Of a stretch of DNA of 64,000 nucleotides, positions 12,740 to 24,815 are shown in pieces. The position numbers and the translations under genes are program-made. The notes beneath the pieces are model-generated. The model was not told where the DNA came from. It searched no databases and saw only the letters and a program-made list of their open reading frames with translations. Each line of letters opens with the position of its first letter. The first letter of the stretch is position 1. Location: assembly GCF_006345805.1 (NCBI RefSeq), contig NC_043012.1, positions 34,100,001-34,164,000 of the forward strand, written 5' to 3'. Source of the DNA: Octopus sinensis. Lineage: Eukaryota.

Positions 12740-13080
12740 TATCATCATCATCATCATCGTTTAACATCCGCTTTCCATGCTGGCATGGGTTGGATGGTTC
12801 AACTGGGGTCTGGGAAGCCAGAAGGCTGCACCAGGCTCCAATCTTGATCTGGCAGTGTTTCATGCCCTTCCTAACGCCAACCACTCTGAGAGTGTAGTGG
12901 GTGCTTTTTATGTGCCACCAGCACAGGTGCCAGGCAAGGCTGGCAATGGCCACGATCGGTTGGTGCTTTTTATGTGCCACTGGCACGGAGGCCAGTCGGG
13001 GCGGCGCTGGCAATGGCCACATTCGGATAGTTCTTTTATGTGCCACCGGCACTGGTATCACAACTACAATTTCCATTGAT
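12740..13080 (-). mobile_element. RTE 3'-tail-derived repeat
   Basis: (CAT)n tail, CCATGCTGGCATGG, GTGCCACC/GGCAC units. Confidence 0.85.
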
Positions 13081-13129
13081 TTTGAGCGAAGTTACAGAAA
13101 GAGTTATAACCTAATTAACAATAAAAAGA

Positions 13130-14600
13130 ATTAGACTAGATGAGACACCGTTTGGTTCGGTACCAGGAAGAAGTATTACTGATACTCTCTTTCTAGTGAA
13201 ACAACTGCAAGATAAGTATCTAGTTGAAAGTAAGCCACTGTACTAAGCATTTGTTGACCAGAAGAAAACCTTCTCAGGGTCCTTCACTCCTTGGTCTGGT
13301 GGTCTCTGAGGAAGGTTGTGAGAACCATACAAGCCATGTACAGGAGTGATGTCTGCAAGGCGAGTTAACAATGAGTACAGTAATGAATTAACTGTACAGG
13401 TAGGAGTTCACCAAAGTTCAGTTCTCAGTTCCCTCCTACTGATCATAGTTCTCCATGCCATGACAGAGGAATTTAAGCTTTGATACTCTTAGGAAATGCT
13501 ATATGCTGATGATGCCATTCTTATAGTGGAATCTGAAGTAGAAACAGAGGAAAAAATTCCAGATGTGAAAGCAAAAACTGAAATCAAAAGTTAACTCAGC
13601 AAGGACCAAAATTCTAGTAAACAGAAAAATATAGAGGACTACCTATTTCTTTATTGCCCACAAGGGGCTAAACACAGAGGGGACAAACAAGGACAGACAA
13701 ACGGATTAAGTCGATTACATTGACCCCAGTGCGTAACTGGTACTTATTTAATCATCCCCGAAAGGATAAAAGGCAAAGTCGACCTCGGCGGAATTTGAAC
13801 TCACAATGCAACGACAGACGAAATACCGCTAAGCATTCCGCCCGGTGTGGTAACGTTTCTGCCAGCTCACTGCCTCAGTGGACTACCTACTTTTCAAAAA
13901 TGGCCCACCTCGATAGAAAGGAAAAACATAGATAGAAATTCCATATGGTGTACACAGAGAGGTGAAGTGGAATCATAAGCAGGTTAACAGAGAACATGGA
14001 TTTTGTATGTGGCAGAAGTGCAAGAGCAATACATATTAAGAATATATTGCAAATTAAGTGACCTAATTAGCAGAGGAGGAGGATATGCTGAAAGTATAGT
14101 TACTATAATAAAAACCAGCAGGAGAAAGTTCAGAGAGCAGTTACTTTTGTTGGTAATAAAATGTTTCTCTCTCTCTCTCTCAGTGAAAGACATGGTATGC
14201 TGCTTGCATATAAATAGCAGAAAGACATAGATTCTGAATTGCAGAAAACATACAAAGACTGGAAAGGAACACAGCTAGTATGCTCAGTTGGATGTGCAAT
14301 ACCTGTGTGCATGCATGACAGTGCAAATGTGCTGAGAGAAAAATCAGGCATGAGAGGGATCAAATGTAGTGTGCAAAAGAGAAGACTGCATTGGTATGGT
14401 TATGTAATGCATATAGATGCAGATAGTTGTATAAAAAGCCAATAACTTAGTGGATAGGACTTGTGAAAGAGGGAGACCCAGGGAGACATGTGACAAAGTA
14501 GTGAAGGCTGATCTGAACATATTGAGCCTTGTGGAGAAATGACAGAAGACTAAGAGGATTGGTGATTCCTTGTGCTAAAGAAGAGCCATCCACCACAGTG
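13130..14600 (+). mobile_element. RTE LINE RT-to-3' relic, interrupted by a SINE; a pyrimidine-rich tract follows to about 16000
   Basis: Degenerate LDE..FG.VPGRSITD.LFLVKQLQDKYL..KPLY.AFVD, GVHQSSVLSSLL, MLYADD, and RGIKCSVQKRRLHWYGYVMHID. Confidence 0.8.
13644..13874 (-). mobile_element. SINE family B
   Basis: Close to the 15244 and 17650 copies; TSD GGACTACCTA (13636, 13880). Confidence 0.9.
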
Positions 14601-15243
14601 AAAGATCCTATATACATTATGTTTAAGTCCATACACTCACCAGGCCTTGCACTCTATCTATCCCTGCCAAGCCTCCTTCCCCAACTCTAATTTTCCAAAC
14701 ACCGATCCCTCCACCCTTCTAACCACAGCACTATTTAGCTGCAGTAATATGAGAACAGAATCTGTTGTACACATTTCACTCCCCTACCAGTTACCTCCCA
14801 TTATCCCTAGAACTACTCCCTTTCAAAATCCATCTCCCATTCTCACTATCCTCCCTTCCCACTCTATCGGCCTTCAGCCTCTCCTTTCTCTACCTCCAGT
14901 TATCTCTTCCTCTCCTCTGAGTTACATCTCAGGACTGTCATACCCCATTTCTAATACACTCCCTTATCTGCTGTCATTCTCAATACCCTTTCATATCTGC
15001 AGTCCACTGAATGCCCTGACACACACAAACCTTGGCCCTCCACTCACCCTAGCGATTTCTATGTACATCTGACATCTATTTCGCTCCACTCTCTCACCAT
15101 TCACATTATCTTCGTATTTTCTCATCTATCTACAGGCTCTTTATACTACTATTCACCAGTGTTCCTGTCCTGCCACTTATCACCTCCTTCTTTCTGAGCT
15201 GCTCCGATATCTTTTACCTTATCTCCCCATACTAATATGTACC

Positions 15244-15482
15244 TATTTCTTTGCTACCCACAAGGGGCTAAACATAGAGGGGACAAACAAGGACAGACAA
15301 AGGGATTAAGTCGATTACATCGACCCCAGTGCGTAACTGGTACTTAGTTAATCGACCCAGAAAGGATGAAAGGCAAAGTCGGCTTTGGTGGAATTTGAAC
15401 CCAGCAATTTGAACGTAGCAGCAGACAAAATACGGCTGGGCATTTTGCCCGGCGTGCTAACGTTTCTGCCAGCTCGCCACCT
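15244..15482 (-). mobile_element. SINE family B
   Basis: Family match; TSD-like CCATACTAATAT.TACC on both sides. Confidence 0.9.
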
Positions 15483-16156
15483 TCCTCCATACTAATATTT
15501 ACCATTAACCAAAACCTTCACTCTTGTTCATCATTCATTAGATTCCCCTCAACCCCCTTCTCTAACCACTCCTGTGAAATTCCCTACCTACCCTTCCTGA
15601 TCCTCTCTTATGCTCATCTTTGTTTATCATGTGGGGATGCTCTGACATCTTGTCACCACCACTTTCATCTTCCTTCCAACTACTCCCACCGAACCCAATA
15701 TATGGTGTGGCGATGTATCTCCTTAATAGCAAGACACCTGCCTCTCTATAGCTTTTCTTTGTCCTCAGTTACTTAGCGACCTCACTACCATAGAAAAAAA
15801 CACCTAAAATGATCAGTGTTGACCATGGCAGAATTTGAACTCAGAAGGTAAAATTATCAGTGTTAGGAACAAAATATTATACTGTCGAAACATGCTAAAA
15901 CAAGGGCTTGATGCAGCCATCTAGTTTGTTGAATCTTGTCAAACCATCCAACCAAACCGTCCGACCTATACCAGCATGGAAGATGGACATTAAATTATGA
16001 TTAGACGCATGCACGCGCACACACACACACATATATACAGGCTTGGGTTGAACACAATAATGGAAACATCACTTGCTTAACCATTTTTTCCTATTGGCAA
16101 TATGGCATGTTCAAAGCTATACTAGTCTGTACATAGGCATTTATTTATATGGATTA

Positions 16157-16650
16157 AATAATAATAATAATAATAATTGTGTACAGTGCTCAGGTGCACT
16201 ACAACTCATCTAAAGTGTATATATAATCAGGTGTAGTTTCGGCGGATTTCGGAAAGCATGAGGGCCTTAAAAGATGCAGTGTCATGGCAGTCAACAACTG
16301 ACGCAGGCAGTTTATTCCATGCTTCAGCAACTCTGAGCGTGAAAAAATGTTTCCGAAAGTCATGGGAGCTGTATTGTTTTCTGACTTTGTAGGCATGTCC
16401 ACGTGTGTTAGACACATGGAGATCAAAAAGGTGTTCAGTGTTGTTGTTGGTGAGGCGGTTGATAACTTTGTGGGTGTTTACCAAGTCCGTCGCCAAACGC
16501 CGGAGCTTCAGTGAATCCATGCCCAGGGAAACAAGGCGCTCAGAATATGGTAGGTGTCTGATGGAGGGTATGCGTTTGGTTGCACGTCTCTGGACAGATT
16601 CCAGGAGGTCAATGTTCTGTGCAAGATAGGGGTTCCAAACTGATGATGCG
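16157..16650 (-). mobile_element. CR1-clade LINE 3' fragment with (TTA)n tail
   Basis: ASSVWNPYLAQNIDLLESVQRRATKRIP..YSERL..TRGHAYKV..FRKHFFTLRVAEAWNKLP. Confidence 0.9.
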
Positions 16651-16899
16651 AATATTATATTATGTATGTCTTGTATTTTGTGATAAGACCTTGATTTCTT
16701 TTTGTTATCTATTTTTACACATATATTTAAATAAGATAAGATGTGCAATTTATAGAATTCTAAAGAGGACAAATTTTTGAAGAGCAGAATGCTAAAACTG
16801 TTGGTTTAATGTTTCAAGAAGAAAAACTAGCTCTGGCAAGCATAATTCAGGACAGAAAACAAAGCACATAGAGAGGAAACACAGAATACATACAGGGGA

Positions 16900-17115
16900 A
16901 GGCAGGGAGCTGGCAGAAACGTTAGCATGCCAGGTGAAATGCTTAGTGGTACTTCATCTGTCTTTACCTTCTGAGTTCAAATTCTGCCAAGGTCAACTTA
17001 GCCTTTCATCCTTTCGGGGTCGATAATTTAAGTATCAATTGTATACTGGCGTCGATCTAATCAACTGCTCACCTCTCCCCCAAAACTTCAGGCCTTATAC
17101 CTAGAGTTGAAAAGA
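16900..17115 (+). mobile_element. SINE family B variant
   Basis: Family head and central domain; TSD-like AGAATACATA.AGGGG. Confidence 0.8.
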
Positions 17116-17129
17116 ATACATAGAGGGGG

Positions 17130-17930
17130 GACCATTGAACTACAGCAAAACTAAACCACTACCTTGCAAACCTTGTGAGCTCCATAGGAGGGCTGCTAAA
17201 TCTTTCCTGTCATTCAACAACATTGATAAATGGAAAAAAACGTTATCAAGACTATCATAAGTGGCTCAATAGAACAATATCATTTTCTATGATGAATCAT
17301 CGTTCACCCCCTTTTCTAAATTTGGGGCAAGTTTACGTCTGGAGACAACATAAAGATGTTAATCGTGATTGCCCACAACTATGAAGCACAAAAGTGGCTT
17401 TGTCATGATTTGGGCAGCCTTATTATGGAATTCTTTTGACCCTTTAGTTGTTCATCAGGGACTATCTTAGTATTTTGGCTGATTATGTCTATCATATGAT
17501 ACAAACATTGTTACTTGATTGTAGCACAATCTTCCAGGACAATAATGTGCTGGGTCATATGGTTGATGTCATTCAAAATTGGTACAATGGAAGCAAAGGT
17601 GAAGCAGACCACTCAGACTGCCCTCCACAATCACCAGATCTCAATATATATTTCTTTACTACCCACAAGGGGCTAAACACAGAGGGGACAAACAAGGACA
17701 GAGAAAGGGATTAAGTCGATTACATCGACTCCAGCGCGTAACTGGTACTTAATTTATCGACCCCAAAAGGATGAAAGGCAAAGTCGACCTCGGCGGAATT
17801 TGAACTCGGAACATAATGACAGACGAAATACAGCTAAGCATTTCGCCCGGCATGCTAACATTTCTGCCAGCTCACCGCCTTCCAGATCTCAATATAATCA
17901 AGCAATAATCATAACAATGACATCTGATTT
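17130..17930 (+). mobile_element. Tc1 transposase relic interrupted by a SINE
   Basis: F.DESSFT..GQVYVWR, KHKSGFVMIWAA, IFQDNN..H, PPQSPDLNI (Tc1 DD34E motifs). Confidence 0.85.
17650..17880 (-). mobile_element. SINE family B
   Basis: 15-bp TSD CCAGATCTCAATATA flanking; inserted at the SPDLN motif of the Tc1 relic. Confidence 0.9.
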
Positions 17931-17934
17931 CAGA

Positions 17935-18345
17935 ACCATGACACCTTGGGGAGGCATCTTCTACTATAGCCTCAGGGCCTTGTAAGTGAACTTGGTAGAA
18001 GGAAACTGAAAGAATCCCATCATGTGTGTGTGTTATTATATCTGTTTGTCTCCCATCACTACTTGACAACAGGTGTTGGTGTGGTTACGTCTCTGTAACT
18101 TAAAGGTTCAGCAAAAGAGAGTGATAAAGTACCAGGCTAAAAAACGAAAAATAAGAACAGAAGTAGATTCGTTCAACTAAAAGTTCTTCAAAGCAGTGCC
18201 CCAGCATGGCCACAGTCTAATGACCGAAACAAGTAAAAAGAAAAATACACACAATACCTTTTACTTGTTTCAGTCATCGAACTGAGGCTAAGATGAGGCA
18301 CTGTCTTGAAGAGCTTAGTTGAACAAATCGGACCCAGTACTTATA
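17935..18345. mobile_element. SINE family A pieces (+ copy 17935-18243, - stub 18258-18345, tail to tail)
   Basis: GGAAACTGAAAGAA.CCC and CCAGCATGGCC.CAG...GAAACAAGTAAAAG. Confidence 0.75.
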
Positions 18346-18418
18346 TTGTAAACACACACACACAAATATATATATATATTATACATACACACACATACAT
18401 ATGTACACATACACACAC

Positions 18419-18432
<14 letters not shown>

Positions 18433-18481
<49 letters not shown>

Positions 18482-18782
18482 TATATATTTGAGCGTGATC
18501 ATTACCAGCATCACCTTACTGGCACCTGTGCCGGTGGCATGAGTAGAAGATTCGAGCAAGGTCATTGCCAGTACAGCCTGACTGGCCCTGTGCTGGTGGC
18601 ATGTAACAAGCACTCACTACACTCTCGGAGTGGTTGGCATCAGGAAGAGCATCCAGCTGTAGAAACTCTGCCAGATTAAGATTGAAGCCTGGTGCAGCCA
18701 TCTGGTTCGCCAGTCCTCAGTCATTCGTCCAACCCATGCTAGCATGGAAAGCGGATGTTAAACGATGATGATGATATATATA

Positions 18783-18839
<57 letters not shown>

Positions 18840-19129
18840 TATATATTTGAGCGTGATCATTACCAGCATCACCTTACTGGCACCTGTGCCGGTGGCATGA
18901 GTAGAAGATTCGAGCAAGGTCATTGCCAGTACAGCCTGACTGGCCCTGTGCTGGTGGCATGTAACAAGCACTCACTACACTCTCGGAGTGGTTGGCATCA
19001 GGAAGAGCATCCAGCTGTAGAAACTCTGCCAGATTAAGATTGAAGCCTGGTGCAGCCATCTGGTTCGCCAGTCCTCAGTCATTCGTCCAACCCATGCTAG
19101 CATGGAAAGCGGATGTTAAACGATGATGA

Positions 19130-19170
<41 letters not shown>
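18433..19170 (+). repeat. Tandem duplication (period about 358 bp) of an RTE-tail repeat plus flanking (TA)n(CA)n
   Basis: 18491-18775 and 18849-19133 appear letter-for-letter identical. Confidence 0.9.
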
Positions 19171-19177
<7 letters not shown>

Positions 19178-19199
19178 CCATACACACACACATACATAT

Positions 19200-19283
19200 C
19201 TATTCCTGAGCATGATACTAATACATCTGTTTGTTTTGTACACCACCTGTCTTCGTCTTTTTTTTTCGTAAACTCTGCCCAAA
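19200..19283 (+). mobile_element. PLE-like pLTR tail fragment between (TA)n tracts
   Basis: Same sequence as 45373-45455 (CTATTCCTGAGCAT.ATACTAATACATCTGTTTGTTTTGTACACCACCTGTCTTCGTC). Confidence 0.55.
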
Positions 19284-19789
19284 TATATATATATATATGT
19301 ATATGTATATACACATATATATATTTCCTTTATATGTTTCAGTCCAGAGACTATGGTCATGCTGGAGCACCACCAGTGTAATCATCTTTTCAGTGGTCAT
19401 TCTTATGTGGTTGGCTTTTGGTGAAGGAGAGTTCAACACAGCTGCCCTCTTTTGAGTTTCTTGCTGTGATATAGGGCAAAATATAAGGATGGATATCAAT
19501 AGGAAGTGCTTCATGAGAGGGACCCAGGTGTTGAAGGAGCAGCAACAAGTGTATACTTGACAGGGACAATTTATGTGAGCATCAACTTTGCTTCCAGAAT
19601 TTCAATTGTGCCTATACACATTGTGCTCCTAGAACATCAGTGTCACCCTTCTAGCATAGATGGGCAAGTCTTCTTAAGCACTGCATACTGTAATTCATCT
19701 GCTCCATGGGGTTCAACATCATGAGATCTACCTTCACCACCACATCTCATATCTGTCTGAAGCAATCAACAATTCTTTATATAACTATA

Positions 19790-20152
19790 CTAGCACTATG
19801 GCCCGATAACGCTGGGTCATAGTGCTAGTGCATGCATATACAGCTGCGTGCGTGCGTGCACACATACACGCGAGTACTGTCCAAATCTCTGACTAATCAC
19901 ATACAGCTAGCTGGCATTCAATTGGCGTATCAAGTTTCGGATAGAAAATTCACAAAAAAGTCACTTCTATTGATTTTTTAATGGCTTTGCGGGGTGACTG
20001 AGGAAATGTAAAGATATGCACGACCACCCTTGGACGGTTTTGAATGACCATAGAAAGTGCGAGCCCTCTAACTGAAAAATTGTGGATTTGTATAAAGGAC
20101 ACACGCACACACACACACACACACAGACATTTGCCGTTTATATATATAGAGA
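19790..20152 (-). mobile_element. Non-autonomous Helitron, complete (363 bp), inserted in an RTE 3' fragment (about 19740-20260)
   Basis: 5' TC, 3' CTAG with GC-rich hairpin, inserted between A and T with no TSD; excision restores the RTE frame WFGHVMHMDAYSYIKNC. Confidence 0.85.
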
Positions 20153-20869
20153 TGCATCCATATGCATCACATGCCCAAACCAACACAGCTGCCTCTCATG
20201 CACACTACATCTGATTCCTCTTGTGATCAATTCTTCTCTAAACATATCTATATTTTATTGTTCATGTGCACTGCCTATTTCTTAAGAGATTTTTCATTCC
20301 ACCCACCCTTGATAGCACATTACAAGTTGAATTGTTAGCAGAGAATGTCAACAAGTGTCACCATTTTCTGCTAAATGCTTTTCATACAATGAAACATACA
20401 AACAGTGTGTATGCACACACATTTATACATACATATAAATGTTAAACTGAAGTTATTATCTTATATCTTATAAGAATAAGAATGGAGCATTTAAGATGTG
20501 CTGACTCAACAGTAAGTTGAATGCACAAATCAATATTTGTTGTAAAGACTGCTTGTGTCACTAAGAATTAATGTATACACAGCCAGCTATTTGTGACACC
20601 ACAGACTGTTTAGTCAGAGTTAAACTATATTGGTTTGATGAAATTTGGCCTAGCATTTGGTGTAGGATGTCTACTGCTTTCAATGTGAAAACATGCTGAA
20701 ATCTCATGATACAATGGTCCCTTAAGAACCAGTACTGACAAAATTTGTCAACTGATGTAATCTGGGAATTTTGGCACTATACATCTATCGTCTATCAATA
20801 ATATTAATATGCTAACTTTTTGTTTTTGTACGTACCTGTTGTGTGCGTCACTTACTTCAAAGAAGTGGC

Positions 20870-21240
20870 AAAGCGAGAGAGAGAAGGACAGAGAGGAAGT
20901 AAGAGAGAGAAAGAGTGAGAGAAAGGGAGTGAGAGAGAAAGAGAGAGTGAAAGAGACAGAGAGTGGTAACAGCATTCGTTTTGTGTTTTTAAATGTTTCA
21001 GAGAGGATGTAAGGGAGAAAGAAAGAGAGTGAGAAAAAGTGAGAGAGTGAAAGAGAGAGAGAGTGAAAGAGACAGTGAGTGGTGATGGTGTTCGTTTTGT
21101 TTTTAAATGTTTATCACATCCCAAGAGAAATAGATACATAGACATGTATACACATTGTTAAATCAAAAGTGGGAGAGAAGAGGGACACAAAGGAAGTGGA
21201 AGAGGAAGAGAGTAAGTGAGAGAGACAGTGGATACATAAA
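20870..21240. repeat. GA-rich low-complexity region with an internal direct repeat of period about 115 bp
   Basis: GAGTGAAAGAGACAG.GAGTGGT....TTCGTTTTGT..TTTTAAATGTTT occurs twice. Confidence 0.7.
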
Positions 21241-21389
21241 TCCAAAGAAAAGTTCATAGATAGATACATACACACTGCAAATATTGGATGTCAATTTCAC
21301 TTTTCATTACCACATGAGGATAAAATTAACTCACAAATGGCTGAGTACTCCACAGATATGCATAACATTAACATAGTTCTCAGAGTTGG

Positions 21390-21740
21390 TCAAACTCTGC
21401 ATAAGGAGTAGACAACCACCATGTATATGGGAACTCCAAATTCCTTCACAGCTACCAACAGAAACCTAGCAACAAGTATCAGTGGAAAAATCTCCCATCT
21501 ATTGGCAAAGGCAGATCTTCAATAGGGCTATAGTCCATTATCATCAGGCACCAGTAAAGAATGGCATTACTGATAGCTTAATATATATATGAAGGACTCC
21601 TAACCCCAAACTTGAAGAGAGGAAAAAGAAAGATAATCTTGTTTAGTCCTCCATGAAATTTAGATGTAGCTATTAATGTAGCTAGAACCTTCCTGTCCCT
21701 AATTCTTTACTGGTGCCTGATGGTAATGGACTATAGACTA
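21390..21740 (+). mobile_element. PLE coding fragment (RT-to-endonuclease linker) with terminal 35-bp inversion
   Basis: YHQAPVKNGITDSLIY and RKIILFSPP*NLDVAINVARTFLSLI resemble the PLE R.IIWFNPP...TN+...FL.L+ motif; inverted repeat 21528-21562 / 21702-21736. Confidence 0.6.
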
Positions 21741-22295
21741 ATTCGCTAGATCCAGTAGGTGGGTTACCGACCTGTTGTCGCATTTTACTATTGTTTATGC
21801 GGTGAATAAGCTGTTCTAAATTAGCAGAGTCAGAGTGTGTGTGTGTGTGTGTGTATCATCATCATTGCTTAACGTCTGCCTTCTGTGCCGGCACACACAC
21901 GTGTTTAGGGCACTCAATGTCAGCATCAATTCACCATTTTGTTATCATCCATCACTCTCTCTCTCCCATTATCCCACACCATTACTTTCTCTTCTGTTAA
22001 CTTCTGCAACGATTCCCTCTTCTACCCACTGTATTAACCACATTGTCCTGTATGAATGGACTCACAATGTAAAACAATGAAGGCTTTTTTTTTAAAGCAT
22101 ATAAACTAATGGCATTAATGCTGGTGTAAAAAAAAAAAAAGAAATGCCTCCAGAACACAATGTAAAGTGGTTGGTGAGAGGAATGGCATCCAGCTGTGGA
22201 AAGTATGCCAAAGTTAATGATGTCAGTCCCCAGATCCATCAAAGAAGGAAATAACTCCAAATAAAAGCTAATTCAGATTGTGACATATCAGAATT

Positions 22296-22652
22296 ATCAT
22301 TCATTCATTGTTTGACCGTGGTCGAGACAATGGAATTTACTATGTTACGCCAGACTTCACGGTCCATCATAGCATTACGGAGGTCCTGTTGCTGGATGCC
22401 TGTATCCCTGGAGATTACATCAGGGTAGGAGAGTGTGTGCCCTCTGGTATCGCGAGCAGATGGCTTCCAGAGGAGAAGAGTAGAAATTACCTCGTTTCCA
22501 GCTCTACAACAATGTCCAGCACACTGGACTCTTCTACCTTTCACAAGAGATGATACAGGTGGTAGTTTCCCATATATTTGTACTTTGGTTGGATGATGCT
22601 TCCACGAGAGATTTTGAGCTCTCATAAGGAGGCGAGTGTAAGTTCCATCCAA
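22296..22652 (-). mobile_element. RTE/RTEX-type LINE 3' end (second family; copies at 36206-36485 and 41523-41795)
   Basis: DGTYTRLLMRAQNLSWKHHPTKVQIYGKLPPVSSLVKGRRVQ.AGHCCRA..MMDREVWR. Confidence 0.85.
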
Positions 22653-22654
22653 CC

Positions 22655-23160
22655 ATGTCAGAATGGATTGGATGGCTAGACAGGAGCTGGCCAGGCAGGA
22701 ATCTCAAACTGACTTCTGTCTGTTTTGACAGGGTTTTTACGACTGGATGCCCTTCCTAACACCAACCACCCAGCAGAGTGGACTGAGTGCTTTTTACATA
22801 GCACAAGCACAGGCAAGGTTAGGTTGGCATGGTTTTTACAGCTGGATGCCCTTTCAAACGCCAACCACTTTACAGTGTGGACTGAATGCTTTTTGAGAGG
22901 CACCAGCACTGGTGGGTCACCGAGTAACTTGTAAGACAGAGATCTTTTGAGAGGGGAGGGGAGCATTGGAAGAGAGGATCTTGTGTCAGATGATGAAAGG
23001 TTACAGTGAGACGGAGAGACAGCAGCAGGTGTCTTGCTGTAGGTCAGGTACATGGTTACCCAGCGAGAGAGAGAGAGAGAGAGAGAGTGAGAGACAACAG
23101 GAGCGCATGAGAGAGCCGGAGAGAGATGGTGGCAAAATGCCACCAGAGTCACAAGGGACA
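22655..23160 (-). mobile_element. Diverged RTE 3'-tail repeat with duplicated unit
   Basis: CTGGATGCCCTT.C.AAC.CCAACCAC occurs twice. Confidence 0.65.
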
Positions 23161-23219
23161 GGGATCAGTAAAAGGACACGCTCTTGTAATTAAAAATGAT
23201 TGGGGGATACTGGCTTTAT

Positions 23220-23448
23220 TTAACACTTTCGTTACCAACCCAGCTGAAACCGCCTCTGGCTCTGTAGTACAAATGTCTTGTTTTCATAAGTTTTTAATTA
23301 AAATCTTTCACCAACACTTAGTCACAATTAATGTTCCTAACACTAGCTTAATGATAACTAAGTTATTTTGCTAAATACTTTGTTATATGTAAATTAATTG
23401 AGAGGAAAACACAGCATCTCAAAATATATACAGTAACGAAAGGGTTAA
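23220..23448 (+). mobile_element. piggyBac-type MITE
   Basis: TTAA TSD, C.CTTTCGTTAC / GTAACGAAAGGG TIRs. Confidence 0.9.
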
Positions 23449-24283
23449 ACAACAACAGAAAAAATAATCAGAAGTATAAAACAACTTTATGCTCTATAAT
23501 TTATTTAATCAATAAATACACAAAAAACTATCATTTTGTTAAATTTTTCTTTTCTTTTTAAAAACAAATACACAAGAGTAGAAAGTTGTCTTAAAACCAG
23601 AAAATGTTGAAAATTTAATTTAGTAAATTGTGTAAATTTGTAATTAGTTGAGTCTCTGGCATGACTAAGATTAAATACTTCAATTCCAATATGTTGCTAA
23701 TGGTTACATTGAAGAGAAATTAACTTGTGTAATTTGATAGCTCCTAACAAAAATTAGTTTGAAGCAACAGTTTAAAAAAGAAAAGGATTCCTCCTTCATT
23801 AAAACACAAGAAGTAAAAACTAAAAAGTGATTTACATCATTCTTTTATTTAACTTTATTTTAGTTTCCCACTATCAGTGTTTATCGACTTCGATGTACAG
23901 TATTTTTGGAACATCTTATTCATTTGAAAGCTTCTTTTGTTTTTCTCCTCTGTTGTCTCTTTATCCACATTAGATATTCATGGAGTGATGGGGAGGACAA
24001 ATAACTGTTCACGTTTAGTTTATCATTTATTATCTAACAATATTTTCTGTAAAGTTTTATCTATATTACCGGGAAAATATTTGTCAAAATTATCTGGTCA
24101 AAGCAACTACTATCAGAAAGAGAAATATATGCAGTCATTTCCATTTTACTATATAACATCAGTGATGAAATTCTGATAGAATCCAAGAACTCACTGCTGA
24201 CAAATGACAAGATTTCAGTATATTGTCAGTATAAAGGATTTGTGCAAATGCTACACACATATGGATTATACAATAAAACTTAC

Positions 24284-24389
24284 ATTCTCCCCAATTCAAA
24301 CGAAATTTTTAGTGATATCAGCAATGTTTTACAGTGAAGAAGTTCTTTGCAAGCTCCATACGTTAAATGCAGAAACTCTCTAACACATA
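24284..24389 (-). other. Candidate 106-bp exon of an unidentified transcript
   Basis: ATTTTATAG| acceptor and |GTAAGT donor in non-repetitive DNA; one open frame CVREFLHLTYGACKELLHCKTLLISLKISFELGR; product not recognised. Confidence 0.25.
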
Positions 24390-24815
24390 CTATAAAATCC
24401 TCTATTATACATGTTCGTAAATGAATAAAATACAAAATATGAGGAAGTTACCTGCAGTAGATTGGCACTTTGTCCAGGGTAAGATTGACTTCATTGTCTA
24501 TATAAAAACAGAAGTAAGCGCTGACCCTCAACCCTCCATAGACCAAGATGCATTTTTTTTTATAATAAAACTAATTTCTAGATGACATTTTAAATATCTA
24601 ATACTTGAAATTGAAAATAGAATCTCAAGTTAAACTTTTTAACCAAACAGGAATGGCTGTGTTGTTAAGATCTGTAGCAACCATGTCTTCAGGTCCAATC
24701 TTACTGTGTGGCACATCAAGCAAATGTTTTCTACTGTTGCCCCAGGTTAGCTAATGCCAATGGAATTTGGTAGGCAGAAACTTGTGCAAAGACTTGCTAC
24801 ATGTGTGTGTGTGTG

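Noticed and set aside
14647-15072. 141-aa Pro/Ser/Leu-rich ORF
   Set aside because: Pyrimidine-rich tract trailing an RTE relic; compositional artefact
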